From Octopus bimaculoides (taxonomy: Eukaryota), in assembly GCF_001194135.2 (NCBI RefSeq), contig NC_068998.1:2728423-2792422 (forward strand): a DNA stretch of 64,000 bases, read 5' to 3'. Positions 52,013-64,000 of this stretch are shown here, piece by piece (within the stretch, counting starts at the first letter, position 1; every line of letters starts with the position of its first letter). The notes beneath the pieces were generated by a model that worked only from the letters and a program-made list of their open reading frames with translations, was not told where the DNA came from and ran no database searches. The position numbers were made by a program, and so were the translations under genes.

Positions 52013-53567
52013 CACACACACACATATAACCCACAGAGATACGTATATATAGATAGATATATAGATATATATGATAGATAGAATAGGGAGAGAGGCAGTG
52101 AAGTGAGAGAAAGTAAGTGGCCTAGAATGTCCCCCACCCCTCCAAAAAACAATGCTTATATTTATAATTAATTATTATAATTTTTTTTTTATAATATATG
52201 AGATTTTGTGATTTGGTCTGATTTTTTTTTTCAAGAAAAAATAAAACCAAAATAAAAAGAAATACCCCCATTATCTCGCTTCTCTCCACTAAATGCCCAT
52301 AATCAATGAGAATATTCCAACTAACCATTCTACCATTCTACAGAGTTCTGGGAAAATTTATTGTAATGTTTTAGAAAGAAATGTCAATAAATACACAGAG
52401 AAAATATTAATGGAGAAATTGGTAGAATGGAAGGGGAAAAAAAAAATGCTGTGAGCATTTGGTTACGGCTCTTTACATTCTGAATTCAAATTCAGATTGG
52501 TTTTCCCAGCCTTCCATCATCATTTAACATCTATGTTCCATGCTGGCATGGCTGGAACTATTTGAGAGGAGCTAGGATAGCCCAAGAGCTGTACCAGACT
52601 CCAATAGTTTGTTTTGGAAAGGTTTCTACAGCTGGATGCTCTTCCTAATGCCAACCACTTTACAGAGTGTACTGGGTGCTTTTTCATCCTTCCTTGCTCA
52701 ATAAAATAAAGTACCAGTCACATACTGGGGGGGGGGTTGATGGTATTGTTTAAATCCTCCCCACCCCACCTCAAAACTGCTGGCATTGAAAATTAGAGAC
52801 AATCATCATCATCATCATCATCATCATATTATTATCAGGTGACAGAACAAATAGGGTTGTATGTACAGGCATAGCTGTGTGAGACACAAGTTCCATTCAT
52901 TATTATATGGTAGTGTGTTCAATCCTACTGCACAGCCCCTTGGACATCATCTACCACAACTTCTTGGAGGTTTCCCAGAATCCTTGCAAAGTGAAATTCG
53001 GTTGACCGGAACTGTAGACGATCTGGTTTTCTGTGATATTACATTACAGGAGATCAATAACTTCAATTAGCACTAAATTATATATATCGCTACTTACAAC
53101 ATAACAAACATTAATTAAAACATCTAAAATTACTAGATACTGACTAATACTAACATTTATCTGACTAATTCTTCATTTTAATACTATTTTAGAAACCTAA
53201 TATGAAGTTTAATTAATGACAATTATAATTAGTCTTTCTTTCTTTTTGTTGTTGCTGTAACTATTTCTGAAAGAATTTTGCACAGAATTCATTTAAATCC
53301 CAATTAAAACTTTTCTGGAAAGAATTTATACTAAGGACATTCAAAAATTACATTAATATTTACAAAAATTAAAATTTCATAAATTTTCTTCATTTATTAA
53401 AACAAAATAATATTTAATTAATTAACGACATCCAAATTTTGTTGCTGCTGTTCCATACCAGTCTGGCCTTAATTAAGCCAACTTAGGATCAAAGGCGTTC
53501 CAGCCATAACCATCCCATCTACTTTCCAGACATAATAGATATCTTAAAAGTACATTTGAATATTTAA

Positions 53568-53794
53568 TTAATCCTTTAGCATTTAAGCCAACAATATCTG
53601 GCCCAAATATCATATCTGTTTTATATTCAAACCAACCAGATCCTGCTTCTCACACCTCCCCTACAATGTCATTCTGAAAATGAAGAATCACATCACTGAG
53701 ATTTCAAAGCTATGAGATAATCCATGATTAATTCAAAACAATGCGAATAAATAAGGATTACATTTGATAGATTAATCTAAACACTAAAGGGTTC
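53568..53794. mobile_element. piggyBac-like MITE, copy 2
   Basis: ttaatcctttagcatt...aacactaaagggtt; colinear with 24160-24380. Confidence 0.62.
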
Positions 53795-54408
53795 ATTTGA
53801 TTTGACACCCCCCTCCTCTTCCCGACACCCCAAATATCTTATTAGTTCTCACCACTTGAACCAAACAGAAGAAAAGTAAAAGTCCATCTTAGGAGGATTT
53901 GAACTCAGAACCTAAAGCCACTAAGCTGAATTCCACAACAATTTTCACAGCACTGTAGAATTTTTACAAACTCACTGATTTTTGTTTTATTTATTTTAAA
54001 CTTTTCCTCATTAATAATGGTTTAATGAGAGGAATCTGGGCGGTGTCCAGTCTGTGACCCTTTTCAGAGTCTTTGAAACTGGCAGGAGGAGAAAGAAAGA
54101 ATTTATTCTCAGACTGGAGAATAAAGTTTCCAGTAGAGTGGCTTCTTGTAAAGGTACCCTCGGGTACCCGGGTGGTGGTGGTGTTAAATTGGTAATAATT
54201 ATTGATTTTTTGTTTTGTTAGCATAATGGCCCCACCCCGTCCTTCCCAGTACCAATGCCAACAACAAGAACTGCATCAATGCACCAACGCACCAGTACAA
54301 CACCAAAAGTACCAATACCAACAGCACCAATAATGACAACAACAACAACACCAGCAGCACCAATAACTCCACCAACAACACTAACATAAATATCCAACAG
54401 CAATAACG

Positions 54409-54463
<55 letters not shown>

Positions 54464-55599
54464 TAATAATAATAATAATAATATCCAATAACACATGCCA
54501 AAATCTGCATCTCAATGATACCACAAGGAATTATGGGATCAATCACATAATCAATTAGTCGATAATTATGAGAAAGTGAGAGAGGGGAAGGAGAAAGAGA
54601 AAGTGGATAAGAGAGAGAGAGAAAGGCAAAAAGAGAAAGAGAGGGGGAAAAAGAAAGAGGAAGTGGATACAAGAAAGACACTGGTTGGTGCATGATAGAA
54701 GAAGCAAATGGAATTGGTATGGAATTTGGTTGGACAATAGAATTAGTATACAGCTTTGTTCAGCAATATAATTTAATAAAAGTTTAGTATACAGTAGCAT
54801 GTATATGTAATGGTGTGTGTGTTTGAAACGTGAAATAGGTTTGTTGCAGAAGGAATCTGGAGCAGGTGGGTGTGTGAGTGGATAGATACCCTTAGCTCTT
54901 GGAAATATAGGGAATGCAGGTACCAAACCTTATTGAAATTTAGGATTTATTTAAAGCGAACAACAGAGTGCTTAACCTTGATTGATCAAAACAGAACAGA
55001 CCACTAAAAAGCTTGAAGTACATTCCCCCTACACCTTCCCCATGTTACACTAAACAGCAAGATATATCTCCTAGCATAAAGCCACCTCATTGCATACTGT
55101 AGCTCCACTCAAGCTAAAGAGGTTCTTAGTCTTGCAAGCTGCATGGCAACCTCACTGGTGCTGGTGCCACAGAAAAAAGAAACAGCCAGCACACACTGTA
55201 GTGTGGTTGGTGTTAGGAAGAGCATCCGGCCACAGAAACCATGCCAAAGCAGACACTAGAGTATGATACAGTTTCCAGACCTGTCAGATCCTTTTAAACC
55301 ATCCAACATATAACAGTATGGGAGATGGGCATAAAAAGATGATGATGAAGAGAGATAGAAAGGAATGGATCAATGGATAAACAGAGAGAGAGAAACACAG
55401 AGATAGATAGATAAATAGAGATAGGGAGATATACATAAATACAGAGAGCGAGAGAGAGAGATGTTATAATAAAATTGCCAGGATACACTCCAAATCACAT
55501 CACGAAATTACATCTCAGTTGTGTAGTTCTCTCATCAAGTGCAACAACAACAACTTCCTTGAGTAAAACTTCATTCTCATCATTGTTCTTCCATCCATC

Positions 55600-55780
55600 T
55601 TCCCTAAGCACTACACATTCTTTTTTTTCTCTCCTTGTTTCTTTCTGTGTTCCTTTCTGTGGAAGAGCGTAGGCTCGAAACATTAAAACTTTTCACTTCC
55701 TGAGCATTATACTAATACATCTGCTTGTTGTCTACACCACCTGTCTTCGTCTTTTGTTTTTTTGTGAATTCTCCCTATAT
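55600..55780 (+). mobile_element. Dispersed ~190-bp repeat, possibly a Penelope-like terminal fragment (second copy 15085-15280)
   Basis: Seen: two colinear copies containing gaagagcgtaggctc(g/a)aaac. The Penelope-like origin is an inference from the hammerhead-like motif. Confidence 0.5.
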
Positions 55781-57441
55781 ATATTATAAGGTGGATGGAT
55801 AGACAGACAGTTAAATATAGATGGTTGATTCTGGTTAATTGCACGGTGAATAATTGCATAAAGTATTTAACAGCCTAACCTTCCAAAACTGTTTAACATC
55901 AACTATTTGTAAAATTGACCAGTTATTTGCATATGCAAATACAGTTAATTGCATATGCAAATACAGTCGATTGTGGTTAATTGCACAATATTTTTCCAAT
56001 TTTGAGTAAAGAAAAAACAGTGAAATGTAGTAAAAAAAATCAAGCATTTATTTGATTTAATGTGAATAATGTGATTCTGGAAGCTTCCGTTTCCATGATT
56101 AGTTAAAATGACAACAAAACTTCATGTTAACAAACAATCGATGCCAAAAGAGTGAAATGTATTCAAGTTATCCTTACCATTCCAATGAATTCAAAAATAC
56201 AGAAAGATTCTTTATTTTTATTTCATTTTATTTTTGTGTAAGAATATCCTTCCATTGTTGGTTAGAATTTACAAAACAAATTTTAATGATTTATCTCAAA
56301 ATGGATACAGCTAAAAATAATAGCTCGTAATTTAAAAACTCAATGACTACAAAAAAAAAAAGAGAAAGAAAGAAAGAAACCAAAGGCTACCTGTGCAATT
56401 TGAACTCTGCATCTCCTGTACTCATGATAGATGCATTAACCATTTACAATTAGATAACCTTCAATCTTTCTTCCATCAACTTAGACCAATCAGATGATTT
56501 GAATTTGCATATTTCTCAAACCTTCTACAGACTTACACAAAGAAAGATTTGAATAAAAGATAAATGAAATTTTGTTGTCTTCGTTATTAATTAATAATCA
56601 ACTTCATTAACACACAGGAGCCTAATTGTTATCGTTAAGTGATTCGAAATATCTAAAAGTCATGACTGGGGCATGTGACCCAGGCTAAGCTTGTGTAAAG
56701 AGTACCAGAAGGAATTGAAAATCCTTATAAGAAATACGTAAATCGCCATTTTAATGTCCATAAAATTCACTGAGACAGAAGTAGAAGGACCAGAGGCCAA
56801 TCTTGTCACCCTTCATCCATTCTCATACGTGGTGACATTTTTTCTGAGTCCTTCAAACATGAACAGCAAAACGGCCAGACATGTTTTCATGGAAGATTGC
56901 AAAAAAAATGACACTGCTTGCACAACGTTGCTCATTTACAACTAAGTAGGACAAGGATGCATACATCATACACAAACACACAAACAAACATATATATATA
57001 TATATATATATATAATGGGCTTCTTTCAGTTTCCATCAACCAAATTCACTCATAAGGCTTCAGTCAGCCTGAGGCTATAGTAGAAGAAACTTGCCTAAGG
57101 TGCCATGCAGTGGGACTGAACCTGAAACCATGTGTTTGGGAAGCAAGCTTCTTAACCACACAGCCATGCCTACACATATTGATAGAAAAGACAGCTTGGA
57201 CTGGGGTCAAGTATAGAAATACCAAATACACAGCAAATAATGAAACGCTTGGTCGTTGGTTCTATAAATCCATACATTTTTATGTGAATACCACCACAAT
57301 ATTGAGATGGCTTATTGGAATCTTGTAATTAATCATCCGCAGTGTTAATTCGGATAAATGAATGTTGTGGTTAATTAAACGGGAATTCTGATCAATGAGA
57401 CTATGCAATTAAGTGGAATCACACACACATAACATATGAAT

Positions 57442-57484
<43 letters not shown>

Positions 57485-57736
57485 CACATATATATCCATG
57501 CATACATCATCATCGTCATCATCTGATGTCAGTTTTCCATGCTGGCATGTGTTGAATGGTTTAACAGGAGCTGGTAAGGCTGGAGGAAGCACCAGGCTCC
57601 ATTGTCTGTTTTGGAATGATTTCTACAGCTGGATGCCCTTCCTAATGCCAACCACATTAGAGTGTGTTCTAGGTGTTTTTCATGTGGCACCAGCAGGGTC
57701 ACCAAGTAAGTTGCAATACAAAAACTGCTTCAGCTG

Positions 57737-57767
<31 letters not shown>

Positions 57768-57799
57768 CCTTTGTTTAAACAACAGTAAAATTAATTTTT

Positions 57800-57863
57800 A
57801 ATAAATGTTTCTTTTTCCTTTTGTCAACCTTTCAAATGTGGGAAGTATTTCTGAAGCACCCTG

Positions 57864-57865
<2 letters not shown>
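57800..57865. mobile_element. Tc1/mariner terminal fragment next to a gap
   Basis: ...tttcaaatgtgggaagtatttctgaagcaccctg-TA is a CAGGGTG-type TIR end. Confidence 0.45.
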
Positions 57866-57894
<29 letters not shown>

Positions 57895-57945
57895 TAATGT
57901 CTGCTTTCCATGCTAGCATGGGTTGGACTGAATATATATATACTT

Positions 57946-58056
57946 NNNNNNNNNNNNNNNNNNNNNNNNNNNNNNNNNNNNNNNNNNNNNNNNNNNNNNN
58001 NNNNNNNNNNNNNNNNNNNNNNNNNNNNNNNNNNNNNNNNNNNNNNNNNNNNNNNN
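57946..58056. other. Assembly gap (N run)
   Basis: Run of N. Confidence 1.
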
Positions 58057-58989
58057 CACTCCACTCCATTTAAGTGAGAGATAAATATAAACACAATACA
58101 TAATTGTAATGAACTAAAAATTTAATTTTTAGTTCATTATATGTGGTTTGTGCCTGATGATTATATTTGAGGTATTTCTCAACATATGAAACTATTTGTA
58201 GCACATAAAATCCTATATTCTGTCTATTCAAAAATATTTATCCCTCACCAAATGGAGTGCTTTTTTTTGTTGATCTTACCATCACAGAACAGTACATTAT
58301 ATATATATATATATATATATAATTTATACACACACACACGTATATATACACACACATTTCTCTCTTCCCTCCTATGCCATGCGCACAGGTGCTAATGATC
58401 AAGGAAGCTCCATAGCAAAATCTGAAGATTCCATGATTTTTCCTGAGAAAGACTTTCAGAAGTGGTTTTCTTCACTGCTTTCTTCCATTTTATCTCCAGC
58501 TTACTTCTGCTAGTCTGTTGCACCCCTGGATTTACCCTTGAGGCACAGGGATAAATTAACCCTTTGGCAAGGGGGCTGATACACCTAGCATCAGGGCATG
58601 CCCCCTCGTATTTTTCTCTTATTTCATCATTGTGCTTCAGCACTCACCATTCCATTCTGGCTCAGGTTACATTTTTGAGGCAGGCTTTTATGGCAAGATG
58701 CCCTTCCTGACATCACTGTGTGTGTGTGTGTGGGGGGTGGGGTGGATGTGTGTGCATGTGTGTGTGTGTGTGGTGTTGGATCGACCAGGATTTCAAGCTT
58801 TGTGTTTAACAGCAAATATATGGAGTCTCACCATCAGTAAATGTTTTGTTGTTTTCCAATAATTTGATTAACAATACTAAATAATAATACATATATATAC
58901 ACACACACACATATATATGAATACACATGCACAAACATATACGTACACACATATATATAATCCAGAGTAGTTGAAAAAGTGAAGACATA

Positions 58990-59107
58990 GTAGAAGAAGA
59001 AGAAGAAGAAGAAGAAGAAGAAGAAGAATAGGAAGAAGAAGAAGAAGAAGAAGAAGAAGAAGAAGAAGAAGAAGAAGAAGAAGAAGAAGAAGAAAAAGAA
59101 GAAGAAG
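58990..59107. repeat. (GAA)n triplet tract
   Basis: Directly visible. A compound (GGA)n(GAA)n tract also lies at ~17050-17150. Confidence 0.97.
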
Positions 59108-59554
59108 ATCTACAGAATGTCAAGCAACAGGTGCAGGGTTCTAATCCAGTGCCTTGTATTTTTATGAGGTTTTAAAATCTGAGATTTTTATGGAAAAATT
59201 TAACAGTGGATTCATTCAGAAATTTATTTTAGCTTAAGTGAACAACAACAACAACAATAATAATACATACATACATATATACATACATATATATATTATG
59301 AATGAGCATTATGAAATTACTTGACTGATAGTATTGGTTATGCAAGACTATGTCAATGATCTCTTTGGATTCTTCACAGACAAAATGATTGCATGTGCGT
59401 GTGTGTGTGCGTGTGTGTATGTATGTATAAATCAGGTGGCTGTAAAGTTACATAAGTTACTTCAGAGCTGAGAGTTTCTTGCATGGCAATTATCACTTTT
59501 GGTATTATTGCTCAAAACTCATCTCTTGAACCACTTATGTAACTTTACAGTTGA

Positions 59555-59604
59555 TAATATACATATACACACACACACATATATATAGACACATATATAC
59601 ATAT

Positions 59605-59654
<50 letters not shown>

Positions 59655-59737
59655 ATACACACACACACACACATATATACATAAATATATATACATATAC
59701 GTAAATATATATATATATAAATATATATACATAAATA

Positions 59738-59821
<84 letters not shown>

Positions 59822-59866
59822 AATATATATATATATATATACATAAATATATATATATATATATTT

Positions 59867-59908
<42 letters not shown>

Positions 59909-59999
59909 ACACATAAATATATATATAAACACACATAAATATATATATACACACACACATACAAATACAATATATATGTATATATATATCTACACATGC

Positions 60000-60045
<46 letters not shown>
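59555..60045. repeat. Long compound (TA)n/(CA)n microsatellite
   Basis: Directly visible. Many shorter (TA)n, (CA)n, (GA)n, (AAT)n and (GAT)n tracts occur throughout the window. Confidence 0.98.
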
Positions 60046-60046
<1 letters not shown>

Positions 60047-60445
60047 TGGTTCTGGCAATTAATGTTAGACATATGAAAAGAAAGAATATAAAAACTTCAA
60101 GAAATTTGAAGACGGAGAGAGAGAGAGAGAGAGAGAAAGAGAAAGAAGGGGAGAAAGAGAGAGAGAGAGAGATATGTGATACCTTAATGAGGAAATAATT
60201 TTTTCTTGATGGCCATGGTGGGAAACAGAGGTGGTCTCAATGTACTTTTTGGGTTGTTTTTGTACTTGTTCTCGTGGGTTTTTGTTCTTTTGTTTTTTCC
60301 CCAAGAACGGCACAGCGGTGCCGGTTATACTCCAATCATTCAGCTCTGCATTTCGGTAGTGACCAGCAGTGAACTTCTCCCCTCCTGAACCACCACTACT
60401 GCTGCTACTACTGCTACTACTTATAGTATTAGTAGTAGTAGTAGT

Positions 60446-60497
<52 letters not shown>

Positions 60498-61889
60498 CAA
60501 TCACTGATACAAAAACAAGGTGGGGGAGGAAGAGAGGGGAGAGTGGGTTATGTCAAGTGTTTGTTAGCATCATCACTATTGACATCATCAACATAGTGGG
60601 TGGTGTTGGAGGGGTGATGGTAAGAGGGGTGGTTAGAAGAGAAAGGGAGGGGGGGCTCAGTGTTTGTTGCCATTGATGTTAGGAAAACAGTAATAAACAG
60701 TAATCAATGAACGCATCTCTTTCTCTCTCTCTCTCATTATTTCTTCGTTGACTGACGCCCCCCATCTCCCAGTCTCTTTCATATTATCTGTCTCCCTCTC
60801 CCCCTCACTATCTTACTTTATCTTCCTCTTTCCCACTCACTCTCAACCTCTCTCCCTCTCTCTCTCACTATATTTCTATCCTTTTCTTTCATTGTCTCTT
60901 TTTCTCCCACTAATGTACACTCTTTCACCCCTGCTTTCTCTCTCTCTCTCTCTCTTTCTCTCTCATTATTTCTCCCACTCTCTTTCCCTCTTTCTTTCTC
61001 ACTATCTTCCTCTGTCACTCTCCTGTTACTTTCTCTACATCTCCCTTCCTCACTCATTCTCTCACTTTGTCCCTTTCTCTCTCTCACTCTCTCATTCTTT
61101 CTCCTTCTTTCTCTCTCTCTCTCTCTCTGTGGCTCAAGGCTAAGAGCAGCACAGTGCCAAATGTAGACAACCACTGTAACAACAGCCGCAACTGCAACAG
61201 CAGCAACAACAACAACCACCACAAAAACAATATTGACCCTTGCACTAACAACAACAACATCAATATCGACTTTCGAAAAACTGTAACAACAACAACAACA
61301 ACAACAGGAGTGATAACCACCACAGCAATAACATTGACCCTTGCACTAACAACAACCTATATAGATCAGCAGTTCTCAACCACAGCTCTCAGGGCTGCAT
61401 GTGGCCCCCAAGCAACCTTCCAGCAGCCCCCATTGGCCTTCCTTCCTTCTATCAATATAATAAATTTGCTTGAATTTACTTATTTTACGTTTTTTTTTTT
61501 TTTTGGTGCAGTCCCCTAAAAAACATTCAGGTTTAGGGTCTGGCCAGAATATTAAAACAGTGAAGAATCCCTTATTTAAGATTAACATCACATTAGAAAG
61601 ACAGAAGAGTAAGAAACCTCAGTTGTATGGAGGAGAGGCTGTAGTTGATTTTATGAACCCACATGTATGACTGGTACTTTAATGTATCGAGTCTCCAAAA
61701 GGATGACAGCCAGTATGGACTATGGCAGGTTTTCGAGGTTGTTGGATACAGCAAGGATGGTGGGGAGGAGAAGAGACAAGTAGGATAAGGAGATGTCCGA
61801 ATGAAGTTGGGTTGAAGCCAGCTAGCTCCAAGGAGCAGAGGCCATTATAGTAGTGGTAGAGAAGGCAAAGAGAGGAGACACAGCATGTC

Positions 61890-62200
61890 TGTGGTCGAGG
61901 GACGGGAAGATGTCTGTTAGTGATGGAATGCCATCACAACATTTTAGACATCTTGTCGTTGGATCAGATCACAAGTGAATGGGTTTGTGAAACCATGCAG
62001 CATCCCATTGGCCTCTCTGGAGATCTTCTCACGATGAAGAAGAAAAGGAAGTCGAGATGGTTATGGCCATGTAACTGGATCTTTGCAAAGACCCTTCTTT
62101 AAGGAACTGTGGAGGGGAAAAGAAGGAGAGGTGGACAGAGGTAAGGATGGATGGACAAAGTCAAGGAATGGACACAGGTAAAGCATTAGAAGAGACCTGG
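61890..62200 (+). mobile_element. RTE/BovB-like LINE C-terminal fragment, decayed
   Basis: Translation DQITSEWV...DLLTMKKKRKSRW...AKTLL*GTVEGKRRRGGQR*GWMDKVKEWT matches the GTVEGKRRRGRQRKRW.D.IKEWTG motif, with stops. Confidence 0.8.
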
Positions 62201-64000
62201 GTTCTGGTACATAACCACAACAGGTGGAGGTTGTTGTACAATATGTCAGAATGGCACCTTTGTGACTCCATCTGGGGCACAAGCTAAGTGGGGTCCTATG
62301 ATCTTCATTCACCGAGAGATGGTAGTTTTAGAGTTGAGACCTTACAGATGTGGAGACATACATCCTGGGCTTAATGCATACATAAGTGACCTGACCTCCA
62401 CTAACAACAACTACTATTGGTACCACCATCACCACTGCCACCACCACTACAACCAATACCACTGCAACTACCAGCATCATTACTATCACCATCACTCACA
62501 TCATCATCATCATCATCATCATAACCGCTGCCATCACCACCACCACCACCACCACCACTACCATCGCCACTGCAGAATTTTCTGGTGGCCACCTCCCTAC
62601 ATTCCATTAACATCCACAAAGATATTGAACTGCTGATCAAAGGATACATTTTGTTTATTAAACAACACATTATATACATCATTATTTTTTTTATTTATGT
62701 TATTAAGCAGTGGTTGTGTGGAGAAGGTGGGGGGGGGGGTTAGCTGTAATGTGGGCCAAAAAAACAAGAGAAAATAAATACAATTACTATTATTATTATT
62801 ATCATTATTATTATTTTGCAAGTAGTTCTGAAGAATGGTTAAAGAGTTATTGAATTTATATTTCACTCCTGATTACTGACATTGATACATGCACACACAC
62901 ACACACACACACATGTATGTCTATATAACTTTGGTTTTATGAATGAGCGAAATAGAACTCAATAAAATAATGATATAATTTTTGTTAACCGAGAAATCAG
63001 TGATGCAAGGGCCTACAGTTCAGTACCAATGCTCTTATAAAAAAGGGTTAGCAATCAAGAAGGAGACCTGGCTATTAAACATAAACCCTTACCTTAAAAT
63101 CTCCCATCTAACATATGTAAACATGGAAAGGCAAACATTTAAAAAAAAAACACTAATGGCTGCATCAGGTCAACTCTTGCAGAGTTTTGTAACAAGCAGA
63201 GTTCCCTTGAGTGTATTAACCCTCTCAGATCTGGGCCCGTCTTTAACTTTATCCTCCACCTGGGCCCCTGAGCAAAAAAATAGCTACGTATACAGCTTAA
63301 GAGTAACAATTTCAGGCAAAGTTATGGGCAGGGTCACTCGACAGAAAGTTCAGGAGCATACCAATGGAACTTTCTTTCAAATACTGTATTTGTTCCTTGC
63401 AGGCAAACTAATGGACAGAATCACAAAGTAAAAAAGAGAGAAAGAATAACGATAATAATAGGCCTGTCTAAGTAATTGTTTCCAATTGGGTTTGTCCTAA
63501 TATCACACAAGGTGTAACAGATAACCACCATATTTGTTCAGACGAATTGGCTACTTCCCTACTTCCCGAAATTCACTATTTTCTTTCTCTTCCCACCATG
63601 AATCTTCAATGAATATGTGCACCGTTCTTTGTGGATCTGCACCAAAATCCCACTGCTGCGGAACAACAAAACCAAATGACTGACACATCCTGCAAATGTT
63701 TCATTGGAATCAAAATTTTTAGTAGAACAATTGATTGGCGCCTTTTGGATATCAAAATAAAAGGAATGTGGAGAAATTACTGAAGAGTTTTTAAAAGCAT
63801 TCCTACCCTTTTCTATCACCTATTTATTTATGCAAGTTGGCATTTTCATTATCAACAAACATCAAAACGAAGAAATGACATTGTCTATTATCAGTGAAGG
63901 CTGAACTATGCATCACTTTGTCAAAATATTCCACCAAGACTAAATTAAATTTATTAATTACATCAAAGTCAGCTGTCTCATTAATTTAGTAACAAACATT

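Noticed and set aside
51247-52152. 200-300-aa ORFs in the track (also 31318-32019, 31436-31987, 39196-39663, 57824-58101)
   Set aside because: Their length comes from reading through N gaps.
58392-58643. 83-aa minus-strand ORF with nearby donor-like sites as the missing first exon
   Set aside because: Acceptor and start support are poor, there is no similarity to DBS N-termini that I can recognise, and the strongest donor (58646) sits in a SINE remnant with a stop in the needed frame.
59519-60072. Long ORFs rich in YI/CV/HT/ER/SL dipeptides (here and at many loci, e.g. 7226-7573, 8797-9228, 26557-27069, 41457-41962, 60748-61222)
   Set aside because: They are translations of (TA)n, (CA)n and (GA)n microsatellites, which lack stops in some frames. 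They have no domain signal or splice logic.
62982-63431. 149-aa plus-strand ORF
   Set aside because: No recognisable motif, a non-ATG start and no convincing splice boundaries. It is compatible with a chance ORF; a BLASTP/TBLASTN hit would change this.

Overview
AT-rich, repeat-dense animal genomic DNA. The SINE families, RTE LINE fragments and (TA)n/(CA)n/(AAT)n load point to an Octopus (coleoid cephalopod) assembly; this is an inference, with no database search run. There are four N gaps. One protein-coding gene is supported, on the minus strand. It has seven phase-compatible GT-AG exons (30216-30127, 24592-24478, 14423-14333, 8729-8616, 4191-4075, 3128-2869, 1837-1723; 902 nt, 300 full codons). 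They encode the SEC14/CRAL-TRIO domain and first spectrin-like repeat of a DBS/MCF2L-family Rho guanine-nucleotide exchange factor. The 3' part (DH-PH) must lie beyond position 1, and no upstream exon could be identified in 30217-64000. The rest is intronic or upstream DNA filled with tRNA-derived SINEs, RTE LINE remnants, Tc1/mariner, hAT and piggyBac-like elements, MITE hairpins and microsatellites. Two observations stand out. (1) A frame-preserving 9-nt microexon candidate (20540-20532) with strong splice signals would insert Lys-Leu-Arg into the SEC14 domain. (2) A ~300-bp palindrome (48113-48415) carries a minimal type I hammerhead ribozyme fold in each arm, one per strand, both with degenerate features. 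Nearly all ORFs in the supplied track are microsatellite or gap artefacts.
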